The translations under genes and the position numbers were made by a program. From assembly GCA_963718915.1 (NCBI GenBank), contig CAVRAI010000001.1, positions 360,001 through 392,000 on the forward strand: a DNA stretch of 32,000 bases, read 5' to 3'. The first letter of the stretch is position 1, and every line of letters begins with the position of its first letter. The notes under the pieces are model-generated. The model worked only from the letters and a program-made list of their open reading frames with translations, made no database searches and was not told where the DNA came from. Origin of the DNA: an uncultured Chloroflexia bacterium. Lineage in GTDB: Bacteria > Chloroflexota > Ktedonobacteria > Ktedonobacterales > JADMIN01. Shown here in pieces: positions 1 through 8,150 of this stretch.

Positions 1-211
1 CAACCTTACCCCGTGGTTCAATCCACAGCAGGTTGCGGTGCACGTGGTGGATCACCTGCCTACCTGGGACGATATCCACCCGCGCGTGGCGGCAGTGCGC
101 AACAAACTGGTTGGCTCGCTGCCGTTCACCATCCCGGCGGCGCTGGCGCTGGGCGCGCTGGCATTCTTCACTATCCGTCGCTGGCGCGTGCGGCAAGCTC
201 CACGCGCTTAG
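1..211 (+). CDS. 3' end of an unidentified protein (partial, continues upstream of the window) with a C-terminal hydrophobic anchor
   Basis: The frame beginning at nt 2 is open from the window edge to TAG at 209-211. It reads NLTPWFNPQQVAVHVVDHLPTWDDIHPRVAAVRNKLVGSLPFTIPAALALGALAFFTIRRWRVRQAPRA, which is protein-like, with a terminal TM-like stretch followed by basic residues. It is absent from the ORF track because it has no start in the window. No family recognised. Confidence 0.4.
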   Translation, partial: NLTPWFNPQQVAVHVVDHLPTWDDIHPRVAAVRNKLVGSLPFTIPAALALGALAFFTIRRWRVRQAPRA

Positions 212-759
212 AGGCCGTCCATCGCCCGTGGAATCGCGTCGAGTTCGGCGCCAGGGACGTCGTGCTGTCCAAGAAAGAGGCAGAGCTGGGCCGCATGCTC
301 CTGGACGTGGCGCATTGTGTAAAGTAGCAACTCCAGATAGCTGACAGGCTGACCTTCTGACCAGGGATATTCGACGGGCCGGCGCGCCTGCTCGTCCGTC
401 AGCGCGGCCAGCGTGGTCCGGCACTTCTGGCGCACAGACGCCAGATAGGCGCGCAGTTCCTCCCTGGTATACGGCTGTTCGGGCTGCGCCTCATAAGAAT
501 CGAGCATCCCCTGGGCAAAGGGCGCCGGGGGCGCGAATTCCTCCTCCGGGACGCCTGAGAGATACAGGTCGAGCCAGACCAGCGTATGGAAGGTGACATA
601 CCAGAACTCCGCGAACTGCGGCGGGAACTCTGGTGGCGGGGGGTCGGGCCAGAGACGCTCCTGCCAGAGCGCTTCGGGACAGGCTACTAGGGCTTTTTCA
701 AGCATGTCGATGGCCGCGCCAAATTGCGGCCATAGTGCGGTGCTCCACACGGTCTCCAT
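208..759 (-). CDS. DinB family (DUF664-like) four-helix-bundle protein
   Basis: ORF track 208..867. Start trimmed to ATG at 759 (METVWSTALW), which is preceded by GGAGGGATA. The helices FHTLVWLDLYL and RHVQEHAAQL carry the conserved His pattern of DinB-fold proteins. Confidence 0.75.
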   Translation of the reverse strand: METVWSTALWPQFGAAIDMLEKALVACPEALWQERLWPDPPPPEFPPQFAEFWYVTFHTLVWLDLYLSGVPEEEFAPPAPFAQGMLDSYEAQPEQPYTREELRAYLASVRQKCRTTLAALTDEQARRPVEYPWSEGQPVSYLELLLYTMRHVQEHAAQLCLFLGQHDVPGAELDAIPRAMDGL

Positions 760-781
760 GTATCCTCCCTCAGGAATAGCG

Positions 782-1291
782 CTACTTATGCCCTGGGTTG
801 AGCGCGGTGACGATGCGTTCGATTTGCTTGACGTGCGGCCGTTCGTGGCGCGCCAGCCGCTGCGCATAGGAGAGCACAGTCAGCTTCAAGGGCCTTCCCG
901 CGCCAGTTACGATGGCTGAGCGTGACCAGCTTTCAAGTGGCAACGGTTTCAGAGCGGCCAATAGCTCGGCACGCTGCATGGCAAAGGCGCGCAGGGAGGG
1001 CTGGAACTCCAGCTCACGATAGTTCGTCTGCTTGATCCAGCTGCGGGGATTGACCGCCCGTAGCGTTGGTGTATCCTCGGCGAGCATCGCCACGATGTAC
1101 TTGCCCCACATATCGGCGCACGCGCGCAGATGGGCAAGCACATCGTTGGCGGACCACTCATCCCGGTCTGGGGCGGCCAGCAATTGCGCTGGCGTCATGC
1201 CATCGGTCAGCGCGGCAATGTGCGCCGGCGATGCCTCAAGCAGGGTCAGCGCCTGCTCAATCGTGAGGAGGCTGCTGGATGTGCTCGGCAC
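782..1291 (-). CDS. DinB superfamily (DinB_2-like) protein
   Basis: 169-aa ORF with a GTG start at 1291, 7 nt after the upstream stop, and SD GAGGGA. DVLAHLRACADMW and ARHERPHVKQI are His-bearing helices typical of DinB_2. Confidence 0.75.
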   Translation of the reverse strand: MPSTSSSLLTIEQALTLLEASPAHIAALTDGMTPAQLLAAPDRDEWSANDVLAHLRACADMWGKYIVAMLAEDTPTLRAVNPRSWIKQTNYRELEFQPSLRAFAMQRAELLAALKPLPLESWSRSAIVTGAGRPLKLTVLSYAQRLARHERPHVKQIERIVTALNPGHK

Positions 1292-1297
1292 GTAACG

Positions 1298-1801
1298 TCA
1301 TCCCTCTCGCCTGACTTTCGCTAACCAGGCGCGCATGTCCGGCTCATGCTCTTCGTGGAAATGGGCGAAGAAGACCGCGCCTGTCAGTGGCTCGCCCTCC
1401 ATCCACGGGAAGCGTCCGGGCGCCAGCAATTCCGCCTCGGGGAAGGCGTCGAGCGTCTCCGCCAGTTGTGCGAAGACGTCGTGCGCGTCGCGCAGCACGT
1501 CGGCGACTGGTCGGTCGCGGTTGGCGGCGTAGATCCAGGCGTTGATCTCGTCGTCTGTCTGGAGGTGTGGCGGCCACTCGGGCGGGGGCAGTGGTTCATG
1601 GCGTAGCGCCGCCTGGAATCGTCCCACTGTTCGCTTACGCCAGCCGGTCAGATGCGCGACGATGTCCGCAATCGACCACTCGCCCGCGACGCCCGGCTGT
1701 GTCATGCGCTCCTCGCCGATCTCGTCCAGCAGTGCCTCCCACCCGGCCTGTTCGGCCTTGAGGTCGTCGAGGAGTCGCGCCTTGTTCGTGCTGGTGTTCA
1801 T
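1298..1801 (-). CDS. ClbS/DfsB-like (DUF1706) DinB-fold four-helix-bundle protein
   Basis: ORF track 1298..1825. Preferred start is ATG 1801 (MNTSTNKARLL) behind GGAGGA; alternatives are 1813 and 1825 (TTG). The pattern KARLLDDL...GEERMTQPGVAGEWSIADIVAHLTGW...INAWIYAANRDRPVADVL...FFAHFHEEHEPDMRAWL matches my memory of ClbS/DfsB family proteins. Confidence 0.6.
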   Translation of the reverse strand: MNTSTNKARLLDDLKAEQAGWEALLDEIGEERMTQPGVAGEWSIADIVAHLTGWRKRTVGRFQAALRHEPLPPPEWPPHLQTDDEINAWIYAANRDRPVADVLRDAHDVFAQLAETLDAFPEAELLAPGRFPWMEGEPLTGAVFFAHFHEEHEPDMRAWLAKVRREG

Positions 1802-1851
1802 CACATCCTCCATATGCTGATCCAAGCGTACCTACCTGCTCACGCATGAGA

Positions 1852-2553
1852 TTACGAGCGACGCAGTTCGGTATCCAGGAAGGCAAGCATTCGCTCCCAC
1901 GCCAGGGTCGCGGCGGCGGCATCGTAGGTCTCCGGACGGTTTGCCTCGAAGAACCAGTGTTTGGTTCCCGGATACGTATAGACGGTGACCTGTTTGCCCG
2001 CGGCTTGAAGCTCACGCTCCATCTCCATGGCCGCTTCGGCCGACTCGTAGGGATCATCCTCGGCGAAGTGGCAAAGATAGGCGGCCTTCGCGCGGCGATA
2101 GTCCAGGCCAGGGTACGTGGCATAAAAGGTCACGACGGCGGCGATCTCCTCGGGCAGCTCGACGGATGTATCAAGCGCGTAGGCGCCGCCCAGCGAGAAA
2201 GCGAGAAAGCCGAACGCGCCGCGACCATCCGCCGGGGTGGTAGCGCCGTTTTCGCGCAGGCATCGCAGCGCACCGCGAATATCGCCGCGCCACCGCTCGA
2301 CCTGCTGATCCAGCGCTGAGCCTAACGCCTGCGCCTCCTCGACCGACGCGGTCGTTTTGCCGTGGTAGAGGTCGGGGGCAAGCGCGATGTATCCCGCCGC
2401 CGCGAGCCGGTCGCAGACCTGGCGAAACGGCTCGGTCAGCCCCCACCAAGTATGCAGGACGACGACCCCTGGCCCTCCTGCGATTTCCGGCGTCGCCAGA
2501 TAGCCCGACGCGGTCGCTTCATTGGCGTCGAACTCGATCATCCGCCCCGTCAT
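1852..2553 (-). CDS. dienelactone hydrolase family protein
   Basis: ORF track 1852..2583. Start trimmed to ATG 2553 (MTGRMIEF) behind AGGAGGG. GGPGVVVLHTWWGL...APDLYHG, the nucleophile elbow AFSLGG and the C-terminal HWF are typical of DLH alpha/beta hydrolases. Confidence 0.8.
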   Translation of the reverse strand: MTGRMIEFDANEATASGYLATPEIAGGPGVVVLHTWWGLTEPFRQVCDRLAAAGYIALAPDLYHGKTTASVEEAQALGSALDQQVERWRGDIRGALRCLRENGATTPADGRGAFGFLAFSLGGAYALDTSVELPEEIAAVVTFYATYPGLDYRRAKAAYLCHFAEDDPYESAEAAMEMERELQAAGKQVTVYTYPGTKHWFFEANRPETYDAAAATLAWERMLAFLDTELRRS

Positions 2554-2733
2554 CTGGCCCTCCTGTTCATCATGTGTCCACATCCCTGTGTGTCTTCAAT
2601 GGCTGCGCATCATGGTCCACGTTCCCAGGTCGTCCGCCGGTTCCTTCTTCTCACGCGCCAACGGGAAAGCGGAAAGCGCGGCGCGCATATCAAGTCGTCC
2701 GGTTTCCCAGGAACCATCTCGGGGAAATTCTAT

Positions 2734-3243
2734 TCAGAGGGCCGTTGAAGTGAGGCCACGCTGCCGCAACGCCTGGCGAAGCGTCTGGGCTAGTGATGCC
2801 ATCTCTTTATCTGAAAGTGCAAGAATACCTTTGGATAGGCCAAGGGCGGCGGTTTGCTGCTGTTCATACGGAACGCCGGGCGGTAGCGGGGCGAGATGCC
2901 AATGCACGTGTCGATTTCCCTGTTGGCTGCCAAGTGTCAGAATGTAGAGTCGTTCGGTCGGAACCACGTGGCGCAGCGCCTCGCCAACATGGTAAATCAG
3001 TTCCTGGAGCGCAAGGTACTCTTCCAGCGTAAAGTCCCCCGTTGCCTGTTCGCGATGTTCGCGGGGAGCCACCAGCGTATAACCGTACAAAACAGGGTAT
3101 TTATTCAGGAAAACGACAGCCGTCTGGTCCTCATAAATCATGTGATGGGGATTGGCGCCAGCAATAAGCTCGCAGATAAAACACGGGCCTTCCTTCGAAC
3201 GCTTTTCATAGGCGGCAACGTCAAATGGTTGGGAATGTTCCAT
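2734..3243 (-). CDS. HIT family (histidine triad) nucleotide hydrolase/transferase
   Basis: ORF track 2734..3258. Start trimmed to ATG 3243 (MEHSQPF) behind AGGAGAAAGG. Histidine-triad motif NRHVHWHLAPL, plus CFICELI and the VFLNKYP core. Confidence 0.85.
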   Translation of the reverse strand: MEHSQPFDVAAYEKRSKEGPCFICELIAGANPHHMIYEDQTAVVFLNKYPVLYGYTLVAPREHREQATGDFTLEEYLALQELIYHVGEALRHVVPTERLYILTLGSQQGNRHVHWHLAPLPPGVPYEQQQTAALGLSKGILALSDKEMASLAQTLRQALRQRGLTSTAL

Positions 3244-3287
3244 TCCCTTTCTCCTCATATCGATGAGCCAGACGTTATCCAGGAGTT

Positions 3288-4853
3288 CTACAATGGCGGG
3301 TTGGCAGGGAAGTCGTCGCGCCTGCGGGCATCCTCCTCGATGGCGCGCATCGCCGCCAGCGCCACATGCTCGCGCCAGGGACGCGCCACCACCTGCACGC
3401 CAACCGGCAGGCCCGCGCTGCCCTGTTCCGCCGCCCGCGCCGCGCGTTCCACCCGGTCACCTGAGCGTTTGCGGGACGACTCCTCGTCGGTGCGCACGCG
3501 CGTCACCGGCACCACGCCCGCCGGATAGCCCAGCAGGTTATAGAGCACCTCATAGCCACCCGCCGTTAGCAGGTCTTTGCTCGCTCCGTGGGGGAATGCG
3601 GGCACGGCGCAGGCCGGAGCGATAATCACATCGAATGGGCCACCGTCGTCGTGATCTAGCGCGTCCAGAAAACGCTGCTGGTAGGCCATCTGCGCCTCCA
3701 CCAGCCGCCAGTAGTCCACTGTGCGCCGCTGGCCAAAGTTACGCGCCACCTCCAGCGTGCGCTTCTGGCCCGTGGCCCGGAGCAGTCCACGTACCGAGAC
3801 GAGCATCGGCGCGGGCGCGCTGGCGAGCGTCAGCAGTTGGGCGATGCGCGGATCTTTCTGATTGCCACGCAGGAGGCCCACCAGTGTCGCGCCGCCATCC
3901 GCACTCAACAGGCCATAGAAGATATCCACGGCATGCAGGACATCAGGCGGACGCCACTCCAGCACCTGCGCGCCCCGGCCCGCGAGCATGCCAGCCGCCT
4001 CGATCACCGCGCGCTTCACCGCTGGTGAGACGGCCAGCGTACCATCGTCGGTGTAATAGGCGACACGCAGCTTCGCGACATCGACCGTGGCCATATCGCC
4101 CAGTGGCATCGGCGGCTCAACCGCGGGCGAGTGTCCACCATTGAGTGTCTCGATAGCCAGCGCAACATCGTCGGTCGTCCGCGCCAGCGCTCCAATCTGG
4201 CTGACGATGGCGCGCTCGCCCAGAGGGATGCTGTAGCGGCCCAGATCAGACATGCGTCCCTTCGTCGGCTTGAGCGCGACGATGCCGTTGAACGTGGCGG
4301 GCACGCGGACACTGCCACCGATGTCAGTGCCGATGCCCAGCGGCGACCCACCCGCCGCGATGATCGCGCCCTCGCCGCCGCTACTGCCGCCACTGGTGCG
4401 CGCAAGGTTCCAGGGATTGTTCGTGCGGCCATAGACAGGATTATCGCTCTCGATGTAGAGCAGAGCCTGCGCGACGTTCGTCTTGCCCAGGATGATCGCG
4501 CCCGCCTGGCGCATGCGCGCGACGTAGAGACCGTCTTCGGCGGCGGGCTTCTGCGCCAGCGCCTGGATGCCAAACGTCGAGGGCGTTCCGGCGAGGTCGA
4601 GGCATTCTTTCACCGTGATGGGCACGCCATGCAGCGGGGGCAGCGGCTCGCCACGGGCGCGGCGCTCATCGGCGGCCTGGGCCTCGGCGCGAGCGCTATC
4701 ATAGCGCTTGACGACGACGGCATTCAACGCGGGATTCACCTGCTCGATGCGGGCGATATGCGCCTCCACCGCCTCGACTGAGGAAATTTCGCCCCGCGCG
4801 ATGCGTGCCGCCAGTTCGGTTGCCGAAAGCTGTATAAGCGCCTCATTGCCCAT
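3288..4853 (-). CDS. amidase-signature family amidase (FAAH-like)
   Basis: ORF track 3288..4907. Start trimmed to ATG 4853 (MGNEALIQL) behind AAAGAGG. Amidase signature GGSSGGEGAIIAAGGSPLGIGTDIGGSVRVPA closely resembles the fatty-acid amide hydrolase block. Confidence 0.85.
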   Translation of the reverse strand: MGNEALIQLSATELAARIARGEISSVEAVEAHIARIEQVNPALNAVVVKRYDSARAEAQAADERRARGEPLPPLHGVPITVKECLDLAGTPSTFGIQALAQKPAAEDGLYVARMRQAGAIILGKTNVAQALLYIESDNPVYGRTNNPWNLARTSGGSSGGEGAIIAAGGSPLGIGTDIGGSVRVPATFNGIVALKPTKGRMSDLGRYSIPLGERAIVSQIGALARTTDDVALAIETLNGGHSPAVEPPMPLGDMATVDVAKLRVAYYTDDGTLAVSPAVKRAVIEAAGMLAGRGAQVLEWRPPDVLHAVDIFYGLLSADGGATLVGLLRGNQKDPRIAQLLTLASAPAPMLVSVRGLLRATGQKRTLEVARNFGQRRTVDYWRLVEAQMAYQQRFLDALDHDDGGPFDVIIAPACAVPAFPHGASKDLLTAGGYEVLYNLLGYPAGVVPVTRVRTDEESSRKRSGDRVERAARAAEQGSAGLPVGVQVVARPWREHVALAAMRAIEEDARRRDDFPANPPL

Positions 4854-4979
4854 GTATTCGCCTCTTTCGTTGGTGGTCTCGCCATCCAGTGTAGCATGCG
4901 GCCACAATCACTGCCCATTCCCTGGCAATACGGTACAATGATAGTGATGAACGCCTCTACATCAGGAGTATTACAGTTC

Positions 4980-6170
4980 ATGACACTCGATTCAGACGAT
5001 ACCGCCAGCCAGCCAGCGTCCCGCCGTGCGCTCGAGTATCCCGCGCTGGTGGGCATTCTCGGCGGCGGCCAGCTTGCCCGCATGACCGCTGAGGCTGCCT
5101 CAACCCTCGGCATCGAGGTGGCGATACTGGAGCACGAACCGAACAGCCCGGCGGGCCGCATCGCCGCGCGTGAGGTCACTGGCGCATGGACGGATGAGCA
5201 GGCGCTCGCGGCGCTGGTGAAGGACGCACTGGCGGTCACGCTCGAAAACGAGTTTGTCGAAGTCTCGGCGCTGGAATGGCTGGCGGCGCGGGGAGTAGCC
5301 GTCTTCCCGACGGCGCGGACACTGGCGACGGTGCAGGACAAGCTGCTGCAGAAACAGCATATGCGCGCGGCTGGTGTGCCTGTGCCCGAATTCGCGGAGG
5401 TTACGGGGACTGACGATATCCTGGCCGCGGGCGAGCGCTGGGGCTGGCCGCTGGTGCTGAAGGCGCGGCGCAACGGCTACGACGGCTATGGCAACGCCAC
5501 CTTGCGCGGGCCGGATGATATCGCCACTGCCTGCGCGCGGCTAGGCTGGCCAGAGCGGACGCTGCTGGTGGAGGCATGGGCGCCCTTCACGCGCGAGCTG
5601 GCGGTGATGGTCGCGCGCGGACGCGACGGCGTGTGTGTGGTCTATCCAGTCGTCGAGACGGTGCAGCGAAACCACATCTGCCATATCGTGCGCGCGGCCG
5701 CCTCCGGTGATCCAGCGATGCTGGCGCGGGCGGCGGCGATTGCCCGACAGGCGGTCGAGACGATTGACGGCATCGGCGTCTTCGGCGTCGAACTCTTCGA
5801 GCTGGCCGACGGCGCCATCCTCTATAATGAGATCGCGCCGCGCCCGCACAACTCCGGCCATTACACCATCGAGGGCTGTGTCACGTCGCAGTTCGAGAAT
5901 CACCTGCGCGCCGTGCTGGGTCTGCCGCTGGGCAGCGCGGAACTGGTCGCGCCCGCCGCCGTGATGGTGAACCTGCTGGGCGCGCGCACTGGCCCCGCCC
6001 GCGCCGATGGGCTGGCGGACGCGCTGGCGATTCCCGGCGCGCACATCCACATCTACGGCAAGCTCGCCTCGCGCGTTGGGCGCAAGATGGGCCACGTCAC
6101 CGCGCTTGGCGCCACTGTCGCGGAGGCCGAGGCGACTGCCCGCAAGGCAGCGGACGCGATCACGCTCTGA
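4980..6170 (+). CDS. purK: 5-(carboxyamino)imidazole ribonucleotide synthase (N5-CAIR synthetase, ATP-grasp)
   Basis: ORF track 4896..6170. Start trimmed to ATG 4980 (MTLDSDD) with AGGAG 11 nt upstream. ILGGGQLARM N-terminus, ATP-grasp core (LVLKARRNGYDGYGN), NEIAPRPHNSGH and a C-terminal GRKMGHVT. A TACAAT box lies at 4934-4939. Confidence 0.85.
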   Translation: MTLDSDDTASQPASRRALEYPALVGILGGGQLARMTAEAASTLGIEVAILEHEPNSPAGRIAAREVTGAWTDEQALAALVKDALAVTLENEFVEVSALEWLAARGVAVFPTARTLATVQDKLLQKQHMRAAGVPVPEFAEVTGTDDILAAGERWGWPLVLKARRNGYDGYGNATLRGPDDIATACARLGWPERTLLVEAWAPFTRELAVMVARGRDGVCVVYPVVETVQRNHICHIVRAAASGDPAMLARAAAIARQAVETIDGIGVFGVELFELADGAILYNEIAPRPHNSGHYTIEGCVTSQFENHLRAVLGLPLGSAELVAPAAVMVNLLGARTGPARADGLADALAIPGAHIHIYGKLASRVGRKMGHVTALGATVAEAEATARKAADAITL

Positions 6171-6251
6171 TGGGACTCGGCCATCAGCGCTGGCGGCTGA
6201 TGTACTTTTAGCATGTACGAGGGACACATGCTGGGCAGCGCGGGCGGTTAA

Positions 6252-6306
6252 AACCGCGCCTTGAGGGCCTACGGCCACCGAGTCCGCCTGCGCGGACTCC
6301 CAGAAC
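6252..6306 (+). repeat. REP-like dispersed repeat, family R2 (core hairpin GAGTCCGC-CTGC-GCGGACTC at 6280-6299)
   Basis: AACCGCGCCTTGAGGGCCTACGGCCACCGAGTCCGCCTGCGCGGACTCCCAGAAC aligns with the copies at 6484-6537, 9804-9857 and 31063-31117. Confidence 0.8.
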
Positions 6307-6334
6307 GTGTCCCAACGCGAGACCCGCTGGCGAG

Positions 6335-6370
6335 CGGATCGCTACAACCCGCGCAGGCGGGTTTCGTGGC
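6335..6370 (-). repeat. R2-family core in inverted orientation (hairpin ACCCGC-GCAG-GCGGGT at 6347-6362)
   Basis: The reverse complement, GCCACGAAACCCGCCTGCGCGGGTTGTAGCGA, aligns with the 9820s copy GCCACAAAGCCCGCCTGCGCGGGCTAGCAGAC. It forms an inverted pair with 6252-6306. Confidence 0.6.
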
Positions 6371-6445
6371 GGAGCCTGCCAGCAAATGGGCCAGAGAGGC
6401 GGGAAATTCGCCGTAGCGTTCACGCTACGGCCTGCCTCGCCCACC
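6371..6445 (+). repeat. dispersed repeat, family R1 (contains hairpin GCCGTAGCG-TTCA-CGCTACGGC)
   Basis: GGAGCCTGCCAGCAAATGGGCC...GGCGGGAAATTCGCCGTAGCGTTCACGCTACGGC is near-identical to 15781-15855. This shared DNA is why spurious ORFs 6208..6483 and 15741..15956 share the peptide ATANFPPL. Confidence 0.85.
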
Positions 6446-6483
6446 ACGACGTGCGGTGTTCGGCGTACATAGTAAAACGACAT

Positions 6484-6537
6484 TAGCCGCGCCTATGGGC
6501 TACGACGCAAAGGCCACCTGCGCGGCCTCCCAGAACC
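6484..6537 (+). repeat. REP-like dispersed repeat, family R2 (core hairpin AGGCCAC-CTGC-GCGGCCT at 6511-6528)
   Basis: TAGCCGCGCCTATGGGCTACGACGCAAAGGCCACCTGCGCGGCCTCCCAGAACCC aligns with the other R2 copies. Confidence 0.8.
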
Positions 6538-6815
6538 CAGCCACTCTGCTCTTGGGTTGACCTGCAAGGATTTACGGCATACCCATCTATTCCCTTCCCG
6601 CCGATTTGTGAAGCGCCTCACTCAGGACGGCCGCTTCGTGACGCTTGCCGTAACGTCCCCGTAACTCGGGTCGGCTACTCTGGAAGCGTGATGCGGGAGC
6701 AGCGCCAGGGCACGAAATCATCGGCGCGCCTGCTTCAACGCAATTGCTGTAATGCGGCCGGTTACGAACCTTATCAACGGCCAACCCGCCCGCATATTTG
6801 AAAGAGGACAGGCTC

Positions 6816-7604
6816 ATGGGAACCATCGAGATGTACCGCGAGGGCGCGGTTGCGCGCCTTGTGATTGACAATCTGCCACGCAATTATCTGACAACGGCGA
6901 TGTTCGAGCAGCTCGGTCGGTATGTGCGAGAGATCGAGGCCAACCCTGACCTGCGGGTCGCGGTCATCCAAGGCAATGGCGACCGGCTCTACACCGTCGG
7001 CGCGGATATCCGCGAGATGGAGCCTTTCACCCACCTGACGAACCGCCATGACGAAACCGTGCGCTGGCTCGGCAACGTGCATGCCGTCCTCGATCTTATC
7101 GACCATTCCTCGAAGGTCTACATCTGCGCGATGAAGGGTATCTCGTATGGCGGCGGCCTCGAAATCGCGGGCGCATGTGACATTCGGGTGGCCGCGCAAG
7201 ACGCGCGCTTCGCGATGCCTGAGGTCAAGCTGGGGATCATTCCGGGCTACGGCGGCACGCAGCGGATCCGGCGGCTGATCGGGGTGGGGCATACCCTGGC
7301 GCTGGTGTTGGGCGCGCAGGAAATCGACGCCGAGACCGCGAATCGCTGGGGACTCGTAGACATCGTGACGCCGCGTGGCGAGGCGGAAATCACCGCGCTT
7401 CAACTCGCCCAGAATATCGCGAGCTACGCGCCCGTGGCGCTTGCCGCAGCCAAGCGCGCCATCCGCGATGGTGGCGATCTGGCGCTGCCGGACGGACTGG
7501 CGCAGGAGCAGGCGCACTTCGCCGACTGCACAGCGTCCTCCGACTTCGCCGAGGGGCTGCAAGCCTTTCTGGAGAAGCGCGCGCCGCAGTTCAGCGGAGT
7601 GTAA
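6816..7604 (+). CDS. enoyl-CoA hydratase/isomerase (crotonase) family protein
   Basis: ORF track 6798..7604. Start trimmed to ATG 6816 (MGTIEMY) behind AAGAGGA. Crotonase blocks VIQGNG...FTVGADIREM, YGGGLEIAGACDIRVAA and PEVKLGIIPGYGGTQR. Confidence 0.85.
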   Translation: MGTIEMYREGAVARLVIDNLPRNYLTTAMFEQLGRYVREIEANPDLRVAVIQGNGDRLYTVGADIREMEPFTHLTNRHDETVRWLGNVHAVLDLIDHSSKVYICAMKGISYGGGLEIAGACDIRVAAQDARFAMPEVKLGIIPGYGGTQRIRRLIGVGHTLALVLGAQEIDAETANRWGLVDIVTPRGEAEITALQLAQNIASYAPVALAAAKRAIRDGGDLALPDGLAQEQAHFADCTASSDFAEGLQAFLEKRAPQFSGV

Positions 7605-7635
7605 TACCGGGCTGGCCGCCGCCGATGCCATCCAG

Positions 7636-8130
7636 CTACATCGGGATGATTTCGGCGGACGGCTCGCCATCGGTGATGGTCAAAATGGCGATGGTGCAGG
7701 TTGGCTGCTGACGGCGATCCATCGCGCTGCCGGGATTGAGCAGCATCAGGCCATCCGCGTCTTCCAGTAGGGGAATATGCGAATGGCCAAAGATGACGAC
7801 GCGGGCCGTCATGAATTCGCGGCGGGCATTGCGGCGATAGTCTTTGCGCTCGCCGAGGATATGCACTAGCCCAATCTCGCAGCCGCCGACCACCAGCGTC
7901 CGCTTGAGCGGCAGCGCCAACACCACCTCCGGCTGCTCGACATTGCCCTGCACCGCCTCGACAGGCGCATAGGCGCTGAGTTGATCCAGCACCGCCAGCG
8001 TTGAAAGGTCGCCCGCATGCAGAATCAGCTCGACATCCTCGAAGTGGCGCAGCACCGCGTCCGGCAGGCGCGCACCGCGCTGGGGAATGTGTGTATCGGA
8101 GAGAACGCCGATGCGGTGCATCTCGCTCAT
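7636..8130 (-). CDS. YfcE/MJ0936-type metallophosphoesterase
   Basis: ORF track 7636..8145. Start trimmed to ATG 8130 (MSEMHRIGVLSDTH) behind GGGAGGGG. Calcineurin-like motifs DTH, GDL, GN(V)E and FGHSH. Confidence 0.8.
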   Translation of the reverse strand: MSEMHRIGVLSDTHIPQRGARLPDAVLRHFEDVELILHAGDLSTLAVLDQLSAYAPVEAVQGNVEQPEVVLALPLKRTLVVGGCEIGLVHILGERKDYRRNARREFMTARVVIFGHSHIPLLEDADGLMLLNPGSAMDRRQQPTCTIAILTITDGEPSAEIIPM

Positions 8131-8150
8131 GACTGCCCCTCCCACGTCTT

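Larger units (their letters stand above)
6200..6483. mobile_element. MITE-like composite element bounded by imperfect 20-bp terminal inverted repeats
   Basis: ATGTACTTTTAGCATGTACG at 6200-6219 versus the reverse complement of 6464-6483 (ATGTCGTTTTACTATGTACG): 16 of 20 match. The interior holds several GC hairpin modules also found at 15724-15901. No ORF of its own. Confidence 0.4.

Noticed and set aside
13-40. tRNA-like T-loop sequence GGTTCAATCC at 15-24.
   Set aside because: The flanking T-stem pairs only 4 of 5, there is no acceptor stem or CCA context, and the region sits inside an open, protein-like reading frame running to 211.
4736-5473. Long ORFs antisense to confident genes. Examples: 4736..5473 and 5541..6278 opposite purK, 6774..7670 opposite the crotonase, 7424..8302, 9930..10904, 16866..17888 and 18417..19283 opposite coxL, 20052..20537 opposite coxG.
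   Set aside because: Their translations are Arg/Ala/Pro/Gly-rich with no recognisable motifs and no SD-start arrangement, while the opposite strand carries clear family signatures. Long stop-free antisense frames are expected in high-G+C DNA because stop codons are AT-rich.
6182-6210. Hairpin CATCAGC-GCTGGCG-GCTGATG followed by TACTTTTA, 12 nt after the purK stop, considered as an intrinsic terminator.
   Set aside because: Not listed as a feature because the T-rich tail is also the left terminal inverted repeat of the 6200-6483 element, so the signal is ambiguous. The stem is only 7 bp, and it may still function weakly.
6208-6483. ORFs 6208..6483 and 15741..15956 share the peptide (N/H)ATANFPPL.PI.WQAP, which could suggest a small paralogous gene family.
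   Set aside because: The shared peptide is simply the R1 DNA repeat read in one frame. The rest of each ORF is unrelated, neither has a credible SD or start, and both lie inside TIR-bounded repeat elements.
6200-6540. Possibility that the clustered GC-rich repeats are a CRISPR array.
   Set aside because: The units are about 55-75 nt, of at least two different families, in mixed orientation and without regular repeat-spacer periodicity. No cas genes are in the window.
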